A stretch of 64,000 bases of DNA from an uncultured Planctomycetota bacterium (GCA_963849325.1 CAWKHF010000005.1:1056001-1120000); one strand, 5' to 3'. Positions 23,973 through 36,201 are shown, counted from the first letter of the stretch. The notes: a model not told the origin generated them from the letters alone. Numbers and translations are program-made.

Positions 23973-26143
23973 ATGGCCGAGAACCTGACCGGCATCATCG
24001 AGCGCGTGACATTCCACAATCCCGACACGGGCTTTGCCGTGCTGCGCGTGCAGGTGCGCGGGCGGCGCGGGCTGGTGACCGTCGTGGGACAGATGCCGTC
24101 CGCCGTCGTCGGCGAGTACATCCAGGCCAGCGGCGAATGGATTCAGGACCGCACGCACGGCGAACAATTCAAGGCCGCCGAGCTGCGCTGCACGCCGCCG
24201 CACACCGTCGAGGGCATCGAAAAATACCTCGGCTCGGGGCTGGTCAAGGGCATCGGGCCGCACTTCGCCAAGAAGATCGTCGCCGTCTTCGGCGAGCGGA
24301 CGTTGCAGGTCATCGACGAAAGCCCGGCGTTCCTGAAGGAGATCAAAGGCATCGGCCCGCGCCGCATCCAGCGCATCCGCGAGAGTTGGCAGGAACAGAA
24401 GGCGGTGCGCGACATCATGCTCTTTCTGCAATCCAACGGCGTCGGCACCGGCCGGGCCGTGCGCATTTACAAGACCTACGGCGACCAGGCGGTCGAGCTG
24501 GTGCGCGGCAACCCCTACCGCCTGGCGACCGACGTCTGGGGCTTCGGCTTTCAGACCGCCGACGAGTTAGCGGGACGGCTCGGCATCGATCGCGCCTCGC
24601 CGCTGCGCACCGCGCCGCCCTGCGTTTCGTGCTGCAAGAGGCCAGCCAGGAAGGCCACGTCGGCGCTCCCGAGGAAGCCATCGTGCGGCAGACGGCGGAG
24701 TTGACGGACATCCCGGACGAGATCCTCCGCGCCGCCGTCGAGCACGAACGGCAGGCCGGCGACGTGGTGCGCGAGCCGGGCGGCGACGAGCCGTGGCTCT
24801 ATCTGAAACCGCTGTTCCTCGCCGAGCTGGGCCTGGCCCGCTCGGTTCGCAAGTTGCGGCAGGGGCGCCATCCGTTGCCGGCGATCGATGTCGAGGCCGA
24901 TCTGGCACGGGTCGAGCAGAAGATGGGCCTGCAACTGGCCGTCACCCAGCGCGACGCCATTCGAGCGGCAGCGCGCGAAAAGATGCTGATCGTCACAGGC
25001 GGACCCGGCGTTGGGAAGTCAACCATCGTCCGCGGCATCCTGGAGGTTTTTGCCGCGCGGAACCAGCGCTGCGCCCTGTGTGCTCCGACCGGCCGCGCCG
25101 CCAAGCGCCTCAGCGAGACGACCGGCCGTGAGGCCAGGACCATCCACCGGCTGCTGGAATTTGACCCGGCGCTGGGCGGATTCAAGCGCGACGCGGCCCA
25201 ACCGCTCGACCTCGACCTGCTCGTGGTGGACGAGGCGTCGATGGTCGATGTCGTGCTGATGTATCAACTGTTGCGGGCCGTGCCGGCGCACGCCTGCGTG
25301 GTGCTGGTGGGCGACGTCGATCAACTGCCGTCGGTGGGTCCGGGCCTGGTGCTGGCCGATCTCATCGCCTCCGGCACGGTGCCGGTGGTACGGCTGACGG
25401 AGATTTTCCGCCAGGCCGGCCAGAGCTGGATCGTGCGCGCGGCCCACGCCATCAAGCACGGCGAGCTACCCGAGTCGGCGCCGGCCGGCCAGGGCGATTT
25501 CTACTTCGTCGAGGCCAACACGCCCGACGGCATCCTCGAACGCATTGTCGCCATGGTGCGCGAGCGCATCCCCGCCCGTTTCGGCCTCGATCCACTCCGC
25601 GACGTGCAGGTGTTGACGCCGATGAACCGCTCGGAGCTGGGTTCGCAGTCGCTCAACCTCCGCTTGCAGGAGGTGCTTAACCCCGACGGTGGTTCGCAGG
25701 TACAGCGCTTCGGCTGGACCTTCCGCGCCGGCGACAAGGTCATGCAGACGCACAACAATTATCAGAAGGAAGTCTTCAACGGCGACATTGGCCGCATCAC
25801 TGCCATCGACGAAACCGAGCGCGAGCTGACCGTCGAGTACGACGGCAAATCGGTGGTGTATGATTTCGGAGAGCTGGACGAGCTAAGTCTGTCATTCGCC
25901 TGTACGATCCATAAGGCGCAAGGTTCGGAATATCCCGCCGTCGTCATCCCGTTGCACACGCAGCATTACATGATGTTGCAACGCAACTTGTTATACACCG
26001 GCGTGACGCGCGGCAAGAAGCTGGTGGTGATCGTCGGCAGTCGCAAGGCGCTGGAGATGGCCGTGCAGCGCCAGGACACGAATCGACGCTATTCGGCGCT
26101 GCGGCGCCGCTTGCAAGAAGAGGAGGAGCGACCGACCGGATAG
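23973..26143 (+). CDS. recD2: RecD2 (YrrC-type) SF1B DNA helicase (frameshift near 24610)
   Basis: N-terminal ERV.F.N...GF.V, HhH KGIGP repeats, [36 protein letters not shown] and [10 protein letters not shown]. Confidence 0.92.
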
Positions 26144-26226
26144 ATCACGACGTCGCTTCGCTTTCCCGGATCGAATGCGAATAGGTAGAATAAGGGACGG
26201 TCCCTCTTGTACTTGGGAGAAACGCC

Positions 26227-26967
26227 ATGTCGGCCGAATGGTCGCGGGGATTGATGGAATGGTACTACGAGAAAATGGAGCGGGAGTATCTACGCCGTCT
26301 GCCGCTGGAGCATTTCATGGAAGCGACTCCTCAAGGGACCCAACGAGAGATCACCCTGGAAAGCCTGGCCTTGCTCAAGGCCCAACGCCCGGACGTGCAG
26401 GTGTTTAACGAGTTGCTGGTGCAGTACCCCTTGCCGCGGCGTAAACGACTGGGCCAGGTCGTGCCCGACAACATGGTGGTCGTCCACCCGGAACCAATCA
26501 AGGCACACGGAAGTTACAATCTGCCGTTGCAGCCGGTCGGGCCATTCTGGATGCTGGAATACGTCTCCAAAAGCAGCGAGCGCAAGGACTACGAGGACAG
26601 CAAGAACAAGTACGAACACGACTTGAAAGTGCCGTACTACCTGGCGTTCATGCCCGAACTGCAAGAGATGACGCTGTATCACCACAACGGCGAAAAATAC
26701 GACCGCGTCCAAGCCAACGCCCACGGCCGTTATGAGATCCCCGAACTGGAACTGGAAGTGGGGTTGCATGGCGGCTGGATGCGTTACTGGTTCCGGGGCG
26801 AGCTGCTACCGTTGCCTGCCGAGCTACAAAGCGAACTCCAGAAGGAACGCCGCGAACGAGAGAAGGAGCATCAAAGTCGCCTGGCCGCGGAAGAGGAAGT
26901 GGCCCGGCTGCGGGCGGAACTGGAACAGTTGAGACGAGGCGGAGCAGACGCGGCCGACGGACGCTAA
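26227..26967 (+). CDS. Uma2-family PD-(D/E)XK putative endonuclease with coiled-coil tail
   Basis: VVPD..V, P.W.LEYVS, KDY..K..Y...LKVPYY. Confidence 0.8.
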   Translation: MSAEWSRGLMEWYYEKMEREYLRRLPLEHFMEATPQGTQREITLESLALLKAQRPDVQVFNELLVQYPLPRRKRLGQVVPDNMVVVHPEPIKAHGSYNLPLQPVGPFWMLEYVSKSSERKDYEDSKNKYEHDLKVPYYLAFMPELQEMTLYHHNGEKYDRVQANAHGRYEIPELELEVGLHGGWMRYWFRGELLPLPAELQSELQKERREREKEHQSRLAAEEEVARLRAELEQLRRGGADAADGR

Positions 26968-27053
26968 GCCGCCAGCGGCCCGCTCTGCTATACTGATATT
27001 CGCCGCTTTTACTCACCGCGTTGCGCCCGCCCACCTGGGAGTCACCACTCGTC

Positions 27054-30000
27054 ATGAATCGCTGGTCGCGTTTGCTCTGCCTCGTCTGCTTGCTGTTTGT
27101 ACCCGCCGCTCAGGCCCAGCTGCCGCCCGACAAGGTGGCGTCCACCTTCCAGGTGGTCGATGGCCTGGAAATGTCCCTGTGGGCCAGTGAGCCGCTGTTC
27201 GTCAATCCCACCTGCATGGACATCGACCATAAGGGCCGCGTCTGGGTCTGCGAGTCGGTCAACTATCGCAACAAGCTGCACCGCAAGAAGACGCTCAACC
27301 GGCCGGAGGGCGATCGCATCGTCATTCTGGAAGACAGCAAGGGCACGGGCCGGGCCGACAAGGCAATCACGTTCTACCAGTCGCCGGACCTGCTGGCGCC
27401 GCTGGGCATCGCCGTGGCCAAAGATCCGGTTGGTCCCGGCTACAAGGTCTACGTTTGCCAGTCGCCGGACATCCTGCTTTTCGAGGACAAGGACGGCGAC
27501 GGCAAGGCCGACGGCCCGCCGAAGAAGCTTCTAACCGGCTTCGGTGGCTACGACCATGACCACGGCGTCCACGGCATCCTGATCGGGCCGGACGGCAAGC
27601 TCTATTTCAGCGTCGGCGATCAGGGCGTCCACGGTCTGCAGAGCGCCGACGGCAAGGGCCGCAAATGGCAGAGTAACAACACCGATTGCCGCGCCGGCAC
27701 TATCTGGCGCTGCGACCTCGACGGCACCCACCTCGAATTGATCGCCCACAATTTCCGCAACGAGTACGAGCCGTGCGTCGATAGTTTCGGGACCGTTTTT
27801 GTCTCCGACAACGACGACGACGGCAATCAGCAGACGCGCATCTGCTACGTCATGCCCGGCGGCAACTACGGCTATCACGCCACCGGCAAGAAGGTCAGCC
27901 ATTGGAACGAGGAGCTGCCCGGCATCGTGCCGAAAATCCTGCGCACCGGGTTCGGTTCGCCGACCGGCATGTGCGTTTACGAGGGGACGCTCCTGCCGAA
28001 GAAATACTGGGGCCAGTTGCTGCACGTCGATGCCGGCCCACGTCACGTCCGCTGCTATCACCTGACGCCCAAGGGCGCCGGCTACGACGTGGAGCGCGAA
28101 GACATGGTAACGAGCACGGATAACTGGTTCCGACCGAGTGACATTTGCGTGGCGCCGGACGGCAGCGTGTTCGTCGCCGATTGGTACGATCCAGGTGTCG
28201 GCGGTCATGGCATGGGGGACACGACACGCGGCCGTATCTATCGACTGGCACCAAAGGGAAGCAAGTACAGTGTGCCGAAGGTGGACTTAGAAAACGATGA
28301 TGGCGTTCGGAGTGCTTTGGCGTCGCCCGCACGTTCTGTCCGTTATATGGCGATCGCTAAACTCAGGCAGAAGAAGTTAGTTTCGGAAAATGGGCACGTT
28401 ATATATGAACGCGAGCGCGTTCTGCGTCCAGCCGTTGAGCAGCGAGAAGATCCCTGTCTGCGGGCAAGAGCATTATGGCAACTGAGAGATTTGGATCAGC
28501 TCCAGTACATTTTCAAACAGAGGCTGGATGACGATCCGCGAATTCGCATTATCGTCCTTCGCATGTTCAGCGAGGTATTGGGCGCGACGCCAGAGTGGCT
28601 AGATAGGAGGAGTCGCCTTCGGCTTGTGAGAGACCCTTCGGCGGCAGTCCGGCGTGAAGCGCTGTTATTACTCCGCAATGTGGATCCGGCGAAAAAGGCA
28701 CCCAACGATCAATCCCCAGCCAATGCGAGATCGTTGATTTTGGCTCTCGCCAAGCACTACGACGGTAAGGATCGCTTTTATCTCGAAGCCATCGGCATCG
28801 CCGTCGGCCACGATCCGAAACGCCGCGAAATCATCCTCGCCGACTTCGCCCAGCAGTTCCCCGAATGGAACGAGAAAGTCGCTGGTCTCGTCTGGGAGCT
28901 GCGGCCGCCCGCCATGCTGCCGGTACTCGAAAAACGCATTGCCGATGCCAGCATACCCGCCGCCCAGCGAGCGCAGATCGTGGACATCCTCGCCGCCTCG
29001 GAGGACAAGGACGCCGGCCTGGCCTTGCTCAAGGTGCTGCAAGCGGACGCGCCCTCCGAGGTGCGCGACAAGATCATCGACAACCTCAAACTATTCCTGC
29101 CCAACAAGTGGCAAAGTCTACGCAACGGCAAGGAGTTGAACGGCGCCATCGAGAACCTGCTGGCGAAGGCGGATACGCGCGCCATCGGCCTGTCTCTGAT
29201 CGGCGCGGCGGAACAGGCAGCGGCCGTGCCTCGGGTGACGGCGCTGCGCGCGACCGCAACGAAGCCGAGGCGGTGCGCAAGGCCGCCGTGCAAACGCTCG
29301 GTCAGTTGGCCCATGTCGATTCCGTCGCCGTCCTGGCCGACCTGATGGCAGACGCCGCCATCGGCAACGAGGCGGCCCAGGCGCTCGGCCGGCTGGCGCA
29401 ACACAAGAGCGACCGCGGCGTCGCAACCCTGGCCCTGCGCAAGCTGCAAGACGCCATTACCGCCAAGGGAACGCCCGGATCGGCTCGTCTGCCGGCCCTG
29501 TCGGCCCTGGTCGGTACGCCGCCCAGGTTCGCAGTGGCTGCTCGACCTGCACGCCCGCAAGCAGCTTCCGTCGGATCTCGTCGCCGACGCCGCCCGGCTG
29601 TTGCGCAACAGCTCCTACGTCGATCTCCGCAACAAGGCCATGATCGCCTTTCCGCCGCCGGGCCGTATCGATCCGAAGAAACTGCCGTCCATCGCCCAAC
29701 TGCTGACGCGCAAGGGCGACCCGACTCGCGGCAAGAAACTCATGGCTGCCAGCATCAATAACGACATGCAATGTCTGAAATGCCATACCATCCGCGGCAC
29801 CGGCGGACAGATCGGACCCGACCTGTCCGTCATCGGCAAGAAGGCCAGCAAGGAGAACCTCTTCGAGTCGATCCTGAACCCCAGCAAGGCCATCGCCGAT
29901 CAGTACCTCGTCTGGCAGATCGAGACGAGGAAAGGACTGTCGCTGACCGGCCTTGTCGTCGAGGAAACGCCGGCCAGCGTGACCCTGCGCGACGGCAACG

Positions 30001-30632
30001 GCAAGGACACCAAAATCGACAAAAAAGACATCGATAGCCGCGAAAAGAGTCCGAAATCGCTGATGCCGGACGATTTGCTCGTGTACATGACCGAGGACGA
30101 CCTGGTTGACCTTGTCGCCTACCTGTTCGAGCAGAAGACGCCGGCGCTGGGGATGGACTGGTGGCACATCGCCGGGCCGTTCGACAACGGCGAGGCCGAC
30201 GCCGGTTTCGACAAGGTATATCCGCCGGAAAAGAGCGTCGATCTGCAAGCAACCTATCCGGGCAAGAACGGGCCGATCCGCTGGCGAACCGTTCGGCCGG
30301 ACGCGAAGGGATATGTCGATCTGCAAGCGTTCTTCGCCCCGGACAGCGATCAAATCGTCTCGTACTTGTATCGGGAGATTGAATCCCCGGCCGACCAGGA
30401 AGCGACCGTGCTACTCGGCGCTGACGATTGCGCTCGGCTGTGGATCAACGGCGAAGTGGTGCATACCAGCCGCGACCACGCCGCCGCTCGGCCCGAGCAG
30501 TACATGGCGAATGTGAAGCTCAAGAAGGGTGTCAATCGCATCCTGCTCAAAATCAACAACGGCAACGGTATGCACGGCTTGTACTTCACCCTGCTGGCCG
30601 AGCAGGAATTGAAGCGCGTCGTCCGTAAATAA
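27054..30632 (+). CDS. PVC-type membrane-bound dehydrogenase domain / heme c (CxxCH) protein (frameshifts near 29250 and 29520)
   Basis: Signal peptide; WASEP...NPT..D.D.KGRVWV, HNFRN.YE, FRPSD, DWYDPGVGGH, HEAT-like middle region, CLKCH...GG.IGPDL and KSLMP. Confidence 0.88.
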
Positions 30633-30638
30633 CCAAAC

Positions 30639-30710
30639 AGACCACGAAAGACACGAAAAAAAGATACTAATTTTGTCTTTTTTTCGTGTCTTTCGTGTGT
30701 TTCGTGGTCT
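30639..30710. repeat. Palindromic 9-mer (ACACGAAAN) element / terminator between convergent genes
   Basis: AGACCACGAAAGACACGAAAAAAAGA ... TCTTTTTTTCGTGTCTTTCGTGTGTTTCGTGGTCT. Confidence 0.8.
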
Positions 30711-30716
30711 CTCTCT

Positions 30717-31453
30717 TTAGCCCATGCCCATCGATCGGGCCCTCTCCGAGCCGTTGCTCTCTTCGTATTCGTCTTCGCCTCGGCCCAGCATGGCCCCGGG
30801 TGGGACGAGTTGACCGCCGAGCTTCGTCGTGACGCGGTCCATGAGGTCAGCGAAGTTCTGCTGCATTTGCGGAGGCACCGATTCGCTGACCTTGTCGCGT
30901 ACCACTCCTAGCGCCATTCCGAGAGCGGCGCTCTTGAGCTTGTTTATCTCCGGCGCAAAGGTGTCGGCCAGCGCTTTGAGAAAGGAGGGAGCGGAACGGC
31001 GCGGAGCGCCTCGGCTTCCATTCGTTGGCGAAGCTCGGAACCCTCGGGGAGTAATTGCTCCGGTGACGCCGGCAGGGCCGGCAGCGACGGCAGACGTCCG
31101 CGCTCCAGGTTGTCGAGGATTCGGCCGCCCACGTAACCGGCGAACACGGAGCCGCCCAGCAACACCCAGGGGTGATGTTCCATCTGCTGCGTAACGTCCA
31201 GGGTATCGCGTACCGAGGACAGGGCCTCGCGTATCGTCGCTCGGACGTCGTGGGCGGTCTCGCGCACCGTGGCCCCCACCTCCTGCACGGTACCGGAGAC
31301 GGCGTGGGTGGTGTCCTGCACGGTTCCCATCACCTGGCTCGTGGTGTCGTGTACCGTGCCGAGCACCTTGTTTTCGAGCGCCTCCATCTTTTCCGTCAGC
31401 GCAGACCGGGTTTGGCTCATCTGCTGTTTGATTACTTCTGTCTCAGGAGGCAT
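30717..31453 (-). CDS. DUF3618/ElaB-like hypothetical protein (frameshifted)
   Basis: I..QM..TR..L.EK...LE, 11-mer T/V-rich repeats and a HPW.LLGGSV..GY..G membrane anchor. Confidence 0.6.
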
Positions 31454-31839
31454 GCGACGTTCTCCTTGAGGGACGCGGCGGACTCGGACAAGGACGCGGC
31501 GTCCTGGAATTTCTTCAGGGCGGCATACGAGGCGCCGCCGCCAAGGAAGAGGAACACGATCCCGAATATGCCGAAACAGGCCCACAAGGGCAGTGCCGGG
31601 GCGAGCCAGTTCAAAAGCATCGGCAGCATGAAACAGAACAACAGTCCGCCAACCAGCGTGACGCCCAGGCCCGCACCGAGGAAAATGGCCCCGGTACGGG
31701 CCTTGCGCAAGTCCTCCTGGATCTCCAGCCGCACCAGCCGCGTTTGCTGGACGAAAAGTTGCTGGACGTCCTCGAGGATCCCGCCCACCAGGGACGACAT
31801 GCTCGGCTGGGACAACCCATTGCGCACGTCCGTCCTCAT
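31432..31839 (-). CDS. YqjE-like / phage holin family 2-TM membrane protein
   Basis: SLV..I..D...L..Q...L.R.E..E followed by two TM helices. Confidence 0.7.
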   Translation of the reverse strand: MRTDVRNGLSQPSMSSLVGGILEDVQQLFVQQTRLVRLEIQEDLRKARTGAIFLGAGLGVTLVGGLLFCFMLPMLLNWLAPALPLWACFGIFGIVFLFLGGGASYAALKKFQDAASLSESAASLKENVACLLRQK

Positions 31840-31842
31840 GGC

Positions 31843-32236
31843 TTATCTCCGCAACAGCCTGGCGAGCATGATAACCGATGCCGACGCCGACCAGCATGGA
31901 CGGGATGGGGTTCCGGCGGATCAGTTCGGTCACGTCTTCCGCCATGCCCAGGATACCCTCGTCCTGCAAGTAGCGGCCGGCGTGATCGAGCGAATCGGCG
32001 ACGGTGCCGGTGGCCGTGCCCATCATGCCATCGTGCGGCCCCCGTTCGCGGAGGGTGCCGGCCGCGGACTTGACGCGCTCGCCTAGGGCGGTGGTGGCCT
32101 CGTCCACGCGCTTGCCGGCGTTGGAAACCAATTCCTGGGCCTTGCCCATCGCGGCCGACGCCGCCTGCTGGACCTTCTCGCTGGCCTGGTTCGCCGCATC
32201 CTCCACATTGCTCCGAATGGCGTTGGTGTCCGACAT
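31843..32236 (-). CDS. ElaB/YqjD-like tail-anchored protein (frameshift near 3' end)
   Basis: Ala/Lys-rich amphipathic N-terminus, then IRRNP...LVG.GIG.ML...LRR; stop at 31843-31845. Confidence 0.7.
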
Positions 32237-32284
32237 GATTGTTCTCCTTTCCCGAAAACATTTCCCGACGCACGGGACATACGA

Positions 32285-32300
32285 AGCAAGATCGATGCCA
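32285..32300 (-). promoter_or_regulatory. Sigma54 -24/-12 promoter
   Basis: Minus strand TGGCAT-CGATC-TTGCT, near-consensus, about 50 bp upstream of ATG 32236. Confidence 0.75.
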
Positions 32301-32460
32301 AGACCGGCGAAAGGATCGGCTGGAGCAAGCCTCGCTCCACGCTACGGCTCGGTAACAGTTTACGGGAACGAACGATGATTTGCTCAGGCGAGACTGGAAT
32401 AGCTCGGCATCGGCAAGCCAAGAAGTGGGAAGGCGGGGTATCAAGACGGACGCACGGCAC

Positions 32461-32526
32461 CTAGCGAGCGGGGGGCGTAAGCCCTCTGTTGGGTGTAACA
32501 GGGGGCTTACGCCCCCCGCTCGCCAG
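32461..32526. repeat. REP-like palindrome, family E
   Basis: Near-perfect inverted repeat with a GTAA internal loop variant. Confidence 0.88.
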
Positions 32527-32528
32527 CC

Positions 32529-34563
32529 TTACTTCCTCTTCGCCGCCCTGGCTTCGAGGTACATCCCCAGCGCGTCGGCCAGGGCGGTCAGACTGCCCGG
32601 ATTGGTCTTCAGCGGGACGGCCAGCGCCTTGAAGGTCTTCTCCGCCCATTCGGCGTAGCGCTCCTCGCCGGTCTTCGTCCACAGGCGGACCAGGTTGCGC
32701 GCGGCGACGCTGTTGCTGGCCGGCTGGGCGCCGTCGTACTGCTCCTTGCTGCGGGCGAACAGCTTTTCGTGATCGTTGGACGTGTAGAAGAAGCCGCCGT
32801 GCTCCTTGTCGCCGTGAAACTCGGACCATGATGTCCGTCAGCGTCTTCGCCTCGTCGAGCCAGCGCTTTTCGCCGGTCGCGTCGTGCAGGCCGAGCAGGC
32901 CATGCACCAGGAAGGCGTAATCGTCGAGGTAGCCGTTGAGACGGGCCTCCGCCTTCTGTCCGGGAGCGGCGCCGTAGGTCCGCAGCAGTCGGCCGTCCTT
33001 GGTCCGCAAGGTCTGCAGCACGAAGTCGGCGGCGCGCACCGCGCTCTCGATCGGCTTCTTCTCGCCCAGCGCCTGCCCGGCGGCCGCCAGGCCGGCGATC
33101 ATCTGTCCGTTCCACGCCGTCAGCACCTTCGTGTCGAGGAACGGTCGCGGCCGCTTCGCCCGCACTCGAAAGAGCTTCTCGCGCAGAGGGGCGAGCCGCG
33201 CTTCGAGTTGCTCTTCCGTCATCTCGCGGTCCTTCGCCTGCTCGGCGAGCGGACGCGGCAGGGTCAGGATGTGATAGCGCGACTCGAAATTCGGCCTCGC
33301 CGTCCGCCCCGTAGACCTGTTTGAACAAATCCGTCTGCCCCTTGTCCGAGAGGACGGCGTCGATCTCCTTCGCGGTCCAGACGTAGAAGCGACCCTCCTC
33401 GCCCTCTGAGTCGGCGTCGAGCGCGGAATAAAATCCGCCCTCCGGCGAGGTCATCTCGCGGCCGATGAAGGCGATGGTTTGCTCCAGGACGCGCCGGTAT
33501 TGCGGCTTCTTCGTGGTCCGGTAGGCGTCGGCGTAGACCTCGCAGAGCTGGGCGTTGTCGTACAGCATCTTCTCGAAGTGCGGCACGGTCCAGGTGCGTT
33601 CGGTGCTGTAGCGATGGAAGCCGCCGCCGAGCTGATCGTAGATGCCGCCGCGCGCCATGTGGTCGAGCGTGACGGCGACCATGTCGTCGAGTTCCTTGGC
33701 GCGGTCCTTCGACTGACGCGCCGCGCCTCGTGCTGGAGCAGGGCCAGGCGCGACGGCATCGGGAACTTGGGGCCGCGGAAGTCGCGGGCCGGCGAGCCGA
33801 AACCGCCGTACTTGGGATCGAAGCTCTCCTTGACCTCGTCCACGGCCGCGTCGACGAGGTCGCGGTTGAGATCGAGGATCGCCGTGCCGCGCACCAGGCC
33901 TTCCAGGGCCGTACTGGTCTTCTCGGCGTTCTGGTCGGCCAGCTCCCGAACTTCCTTGGGCTTGTCCGTCCAGGCGTCCTGAACGATCTTGAAGGATGGT
34001 CTTGAAGCCGCGTACCTTGCCGCCCTCGAGCTCCTTGTCCTCGGGCGGCCAGTAGGTGCCGCCGAAGACCGGCTTGCCGTCGGCGCGTGAGGAACATCGA
34101 CAGCGGCCAGCCGCCGTTCTGCCGCGGCGGCATGACCTGCATGGCCGTCATGTAGACGTTGTCGATGTCCGGCCGTTCCTCGCGATCGACTTTGATGCAG
34201 ACGAAATCGCGGTTGAGGAGCTTGGCGATCTCCTCGTTCTCGAACGACTCGCGCTCCATGACGTGGCACCAGTGGCAGGAGCTGTAGCCGATCGACAGGA
34301 AGACGAGCTTGCCTTCCTTCTTGGCCTTGGCGAACGCTTCCTCGCCCCAGGGATACCAGTCCACGGGATTGTGGGCGTGCTGGAGGAGATAGGGGCTGGT
34401 CTCGCGGGCCAGGCGGTTGCTGTGCTTGGCCTTGGACGCGGGATTGGCCGGCGGTTCGGCCTCGGGGCTTGTCGGGGTCGGCCGGAACCATGTGGGCCAG
34501 CAGAAGGACCAGCATGCCCAATGTCAGGCCGCGGCGGAGCCAGCGCCACGTCGTTCGCAACAT
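32529..34563 (-). CDS. YyaL/SSP411-like thioredoxin-domain protein with signal peptide (frameshifts)
   Basis: [78 protein letters not shown] and GYLDDY. Confidence 0.88.
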
Positions 34564-34591
34564 GAGGGGTGAATCCTTAGGTGGAAAGTCA

Positions 34592-34662
34592 CCCTCTCGA
34601 CCAGCCCGGAGCGCGAGCGACGGGACAGCCCCGTCGCTCGCGCTCCGGGCTGGTCGAGAGGG
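34592..34662. repeat. REP-like palindrome, family F (AGCCCGGAGCGCGAGCGACGGG)
   Basis: Perfect inverted repeat. Confidence 0.9.
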
Positions 34663-34663
34663 A

Positions 34664-35148
34664 TCAGGGCACCGAGACCTTGACGGTCGCCGGCAGCAGG
34701 CAGCGAGCATTATCGCAGGCTTGCAGCTTGACACTCACTTCGAGGGGGTCGCTGTCCCCGCGCGTGCGCTTCACGTGGGCCTTGATCGTCAACTTGCCTT
34801 CGTAGATGTTGTACTTCACGCCGCGATCTTCGTGGACCTTGCCGGCGGGGTAGTCGATCTTGACGTCTTCGGGCTTGGCCTTGGCGTTGATGGTGACGAC
34901 CGTCTCGGCGTTGGCCAGGTCTTCGTTCTCGACCGGGTTGGCGTACAGGTGCCAGGCCTTTTCGATGTCCAGCGTGAGCGTCACCGTCTGCTTGCCGTCG
35001 GCGTCGGGCTTGTCGGCCGTGGCGTTCAGCTTGACGACGGAATCCGATTTTTTGATCTGTGCTCGCGCCGTGCCGGCCGACCCGGCGACCAGCGCCGCCA
35101 ATGCGACGGCGAGCGAACGACAACGCGACGTGAACCAGTCCGAACCAT
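34664..35148 (-). CDS. DsbD N-terminal (DsbD-alpha)-like secreted protein (frameshift in signal peptide)
   Basis: WHLYANP, YP.G, Y.G and a C-terminal QAC....CL.P. Confidence 0.75.
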
Positions 35149-35315
35149 CTCGGATTCCTCCCTATATCGGGGCGTGCCACGGGGCGAACGCCGAACGTCC
35201 TGCGATACGGTCCTCGGAGTCGTCCGCGTCGCTGGGTGAAAAAGAGTGGCGACCGCGGGCCGGCTCCGGCTTATAATCGCGGAAGATATTGTACACCGTG
35301 AAGAAAGGGCAAACC

Positions 35316-36200
35316 ATGCGAAGTTTTCGGGGGCTGATGCTGGCCCTGGCGGTCGGGCTGGCAGGTACGGCGATGGCGGCGGACCCGGCCAGCTCGGCGG
35401 ACGAGCTAAAAAAGAGGGCCGAGGCAAACTGGGACACGGTCGGCGCCGGCAAGCCGGTCCTGTACGAGACGAAGCACTTCCTGGTCTGCGCTCCCGAGGC
35501 GATGGCCAAGCGGCTCAAGGACGTGGGCGAACTGCTGGAGAAGCACCACGACAAGGCGAAGGAGGCGTTGCAGTTCGAGAGGAAGGAGGAGAACAAGGGC
35601 GAGGTGCTGCCGGGCAAGGTGACGGTGTACCTGTTCCCGGAGCGCGAGCAGTTCACGGCGTTCGTGCGGCGGATCGAGGGCCGTCGCCTGTTGCCGGAGG
35701 AGACGGGCAGTTACGCGGCCGCCGACGCCAAGCTGCACGTGGCGGCCAGTCCGCCGCGGAGCAAGCAGGGTTGGTCGGTCGAGAGCCAGGCGTGCGAGCA
35801 GGCGGCGAGCCTGATGCTGGCGCGACGGGCCGGGGTCCGCACGATCCTGCCGGAGTGGTTGGTGGCCGGCTTCGGTCGGGCGACGTATTACCGCGTCGCC
35901 CCGCGCGACCGGGCAGTGCTGTCCGACCGCGGCCAGGCGGCCGCCCTGTCGCGCAAGCACAGTGCCGCCGACATCTGGGACGGCAAGGTCTCCGCCGACG
36001 AGGCCGACGCCTTGCAGGGCAGCCTGGTGGACTTCCTGGCCTACGGCCCGGCCTCGCGGGCGTTCCCGAAGTTTGTCGCCGGCTTCGCCCCGGAAGAACG
36101 AATCGAGAAGAAGACCGCCGCCCAGGCGTTCGACACTGCCGGACTCAAGCCGGATCGGATCGCCGCCAGCTGGAAAAAGTGGGTGCCGACGGCGCGCTGA
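35316..36200 (+). CDS. Secreted hypothetical protein
   Basis: Signal peptide MRSFRGLMLALA..AMAA; ET.HF and LPEWL..GFG motifs. Confidence 0.65.
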   Translation: MRSFRGLMLALAVGLAGTAMAADPASSADELKKRAEANWDTVGAGKPVLYETKHFLVCAPEAMAKRLKDVGELLEKHHDKAKEALQFERKEENKGEVLPGKVTVYLFPEREQFTAFVRRIEGRRLLPEETGSYAAADAKLHVAASPPRSKQGWSVESQACEQAASLMLARRAGVRTILPEWLVAGFGRATYYRVAPRDRAVLSDRGQAAALSRKHSAADIWDGKVSADEADALQGSLVDFLAYGPASRAFPKFVAGFAPEERIEKKTAAQAFDTAGLKPDRIAASWKKWVPTAR

Positions 36201-36201
36201 T

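Noticed and set aside
31432-31839. Prophage signalled by a holin-family gene
   Set aside because: YqjE-like chromosomal context; no endolysin, structural or integrase genes.
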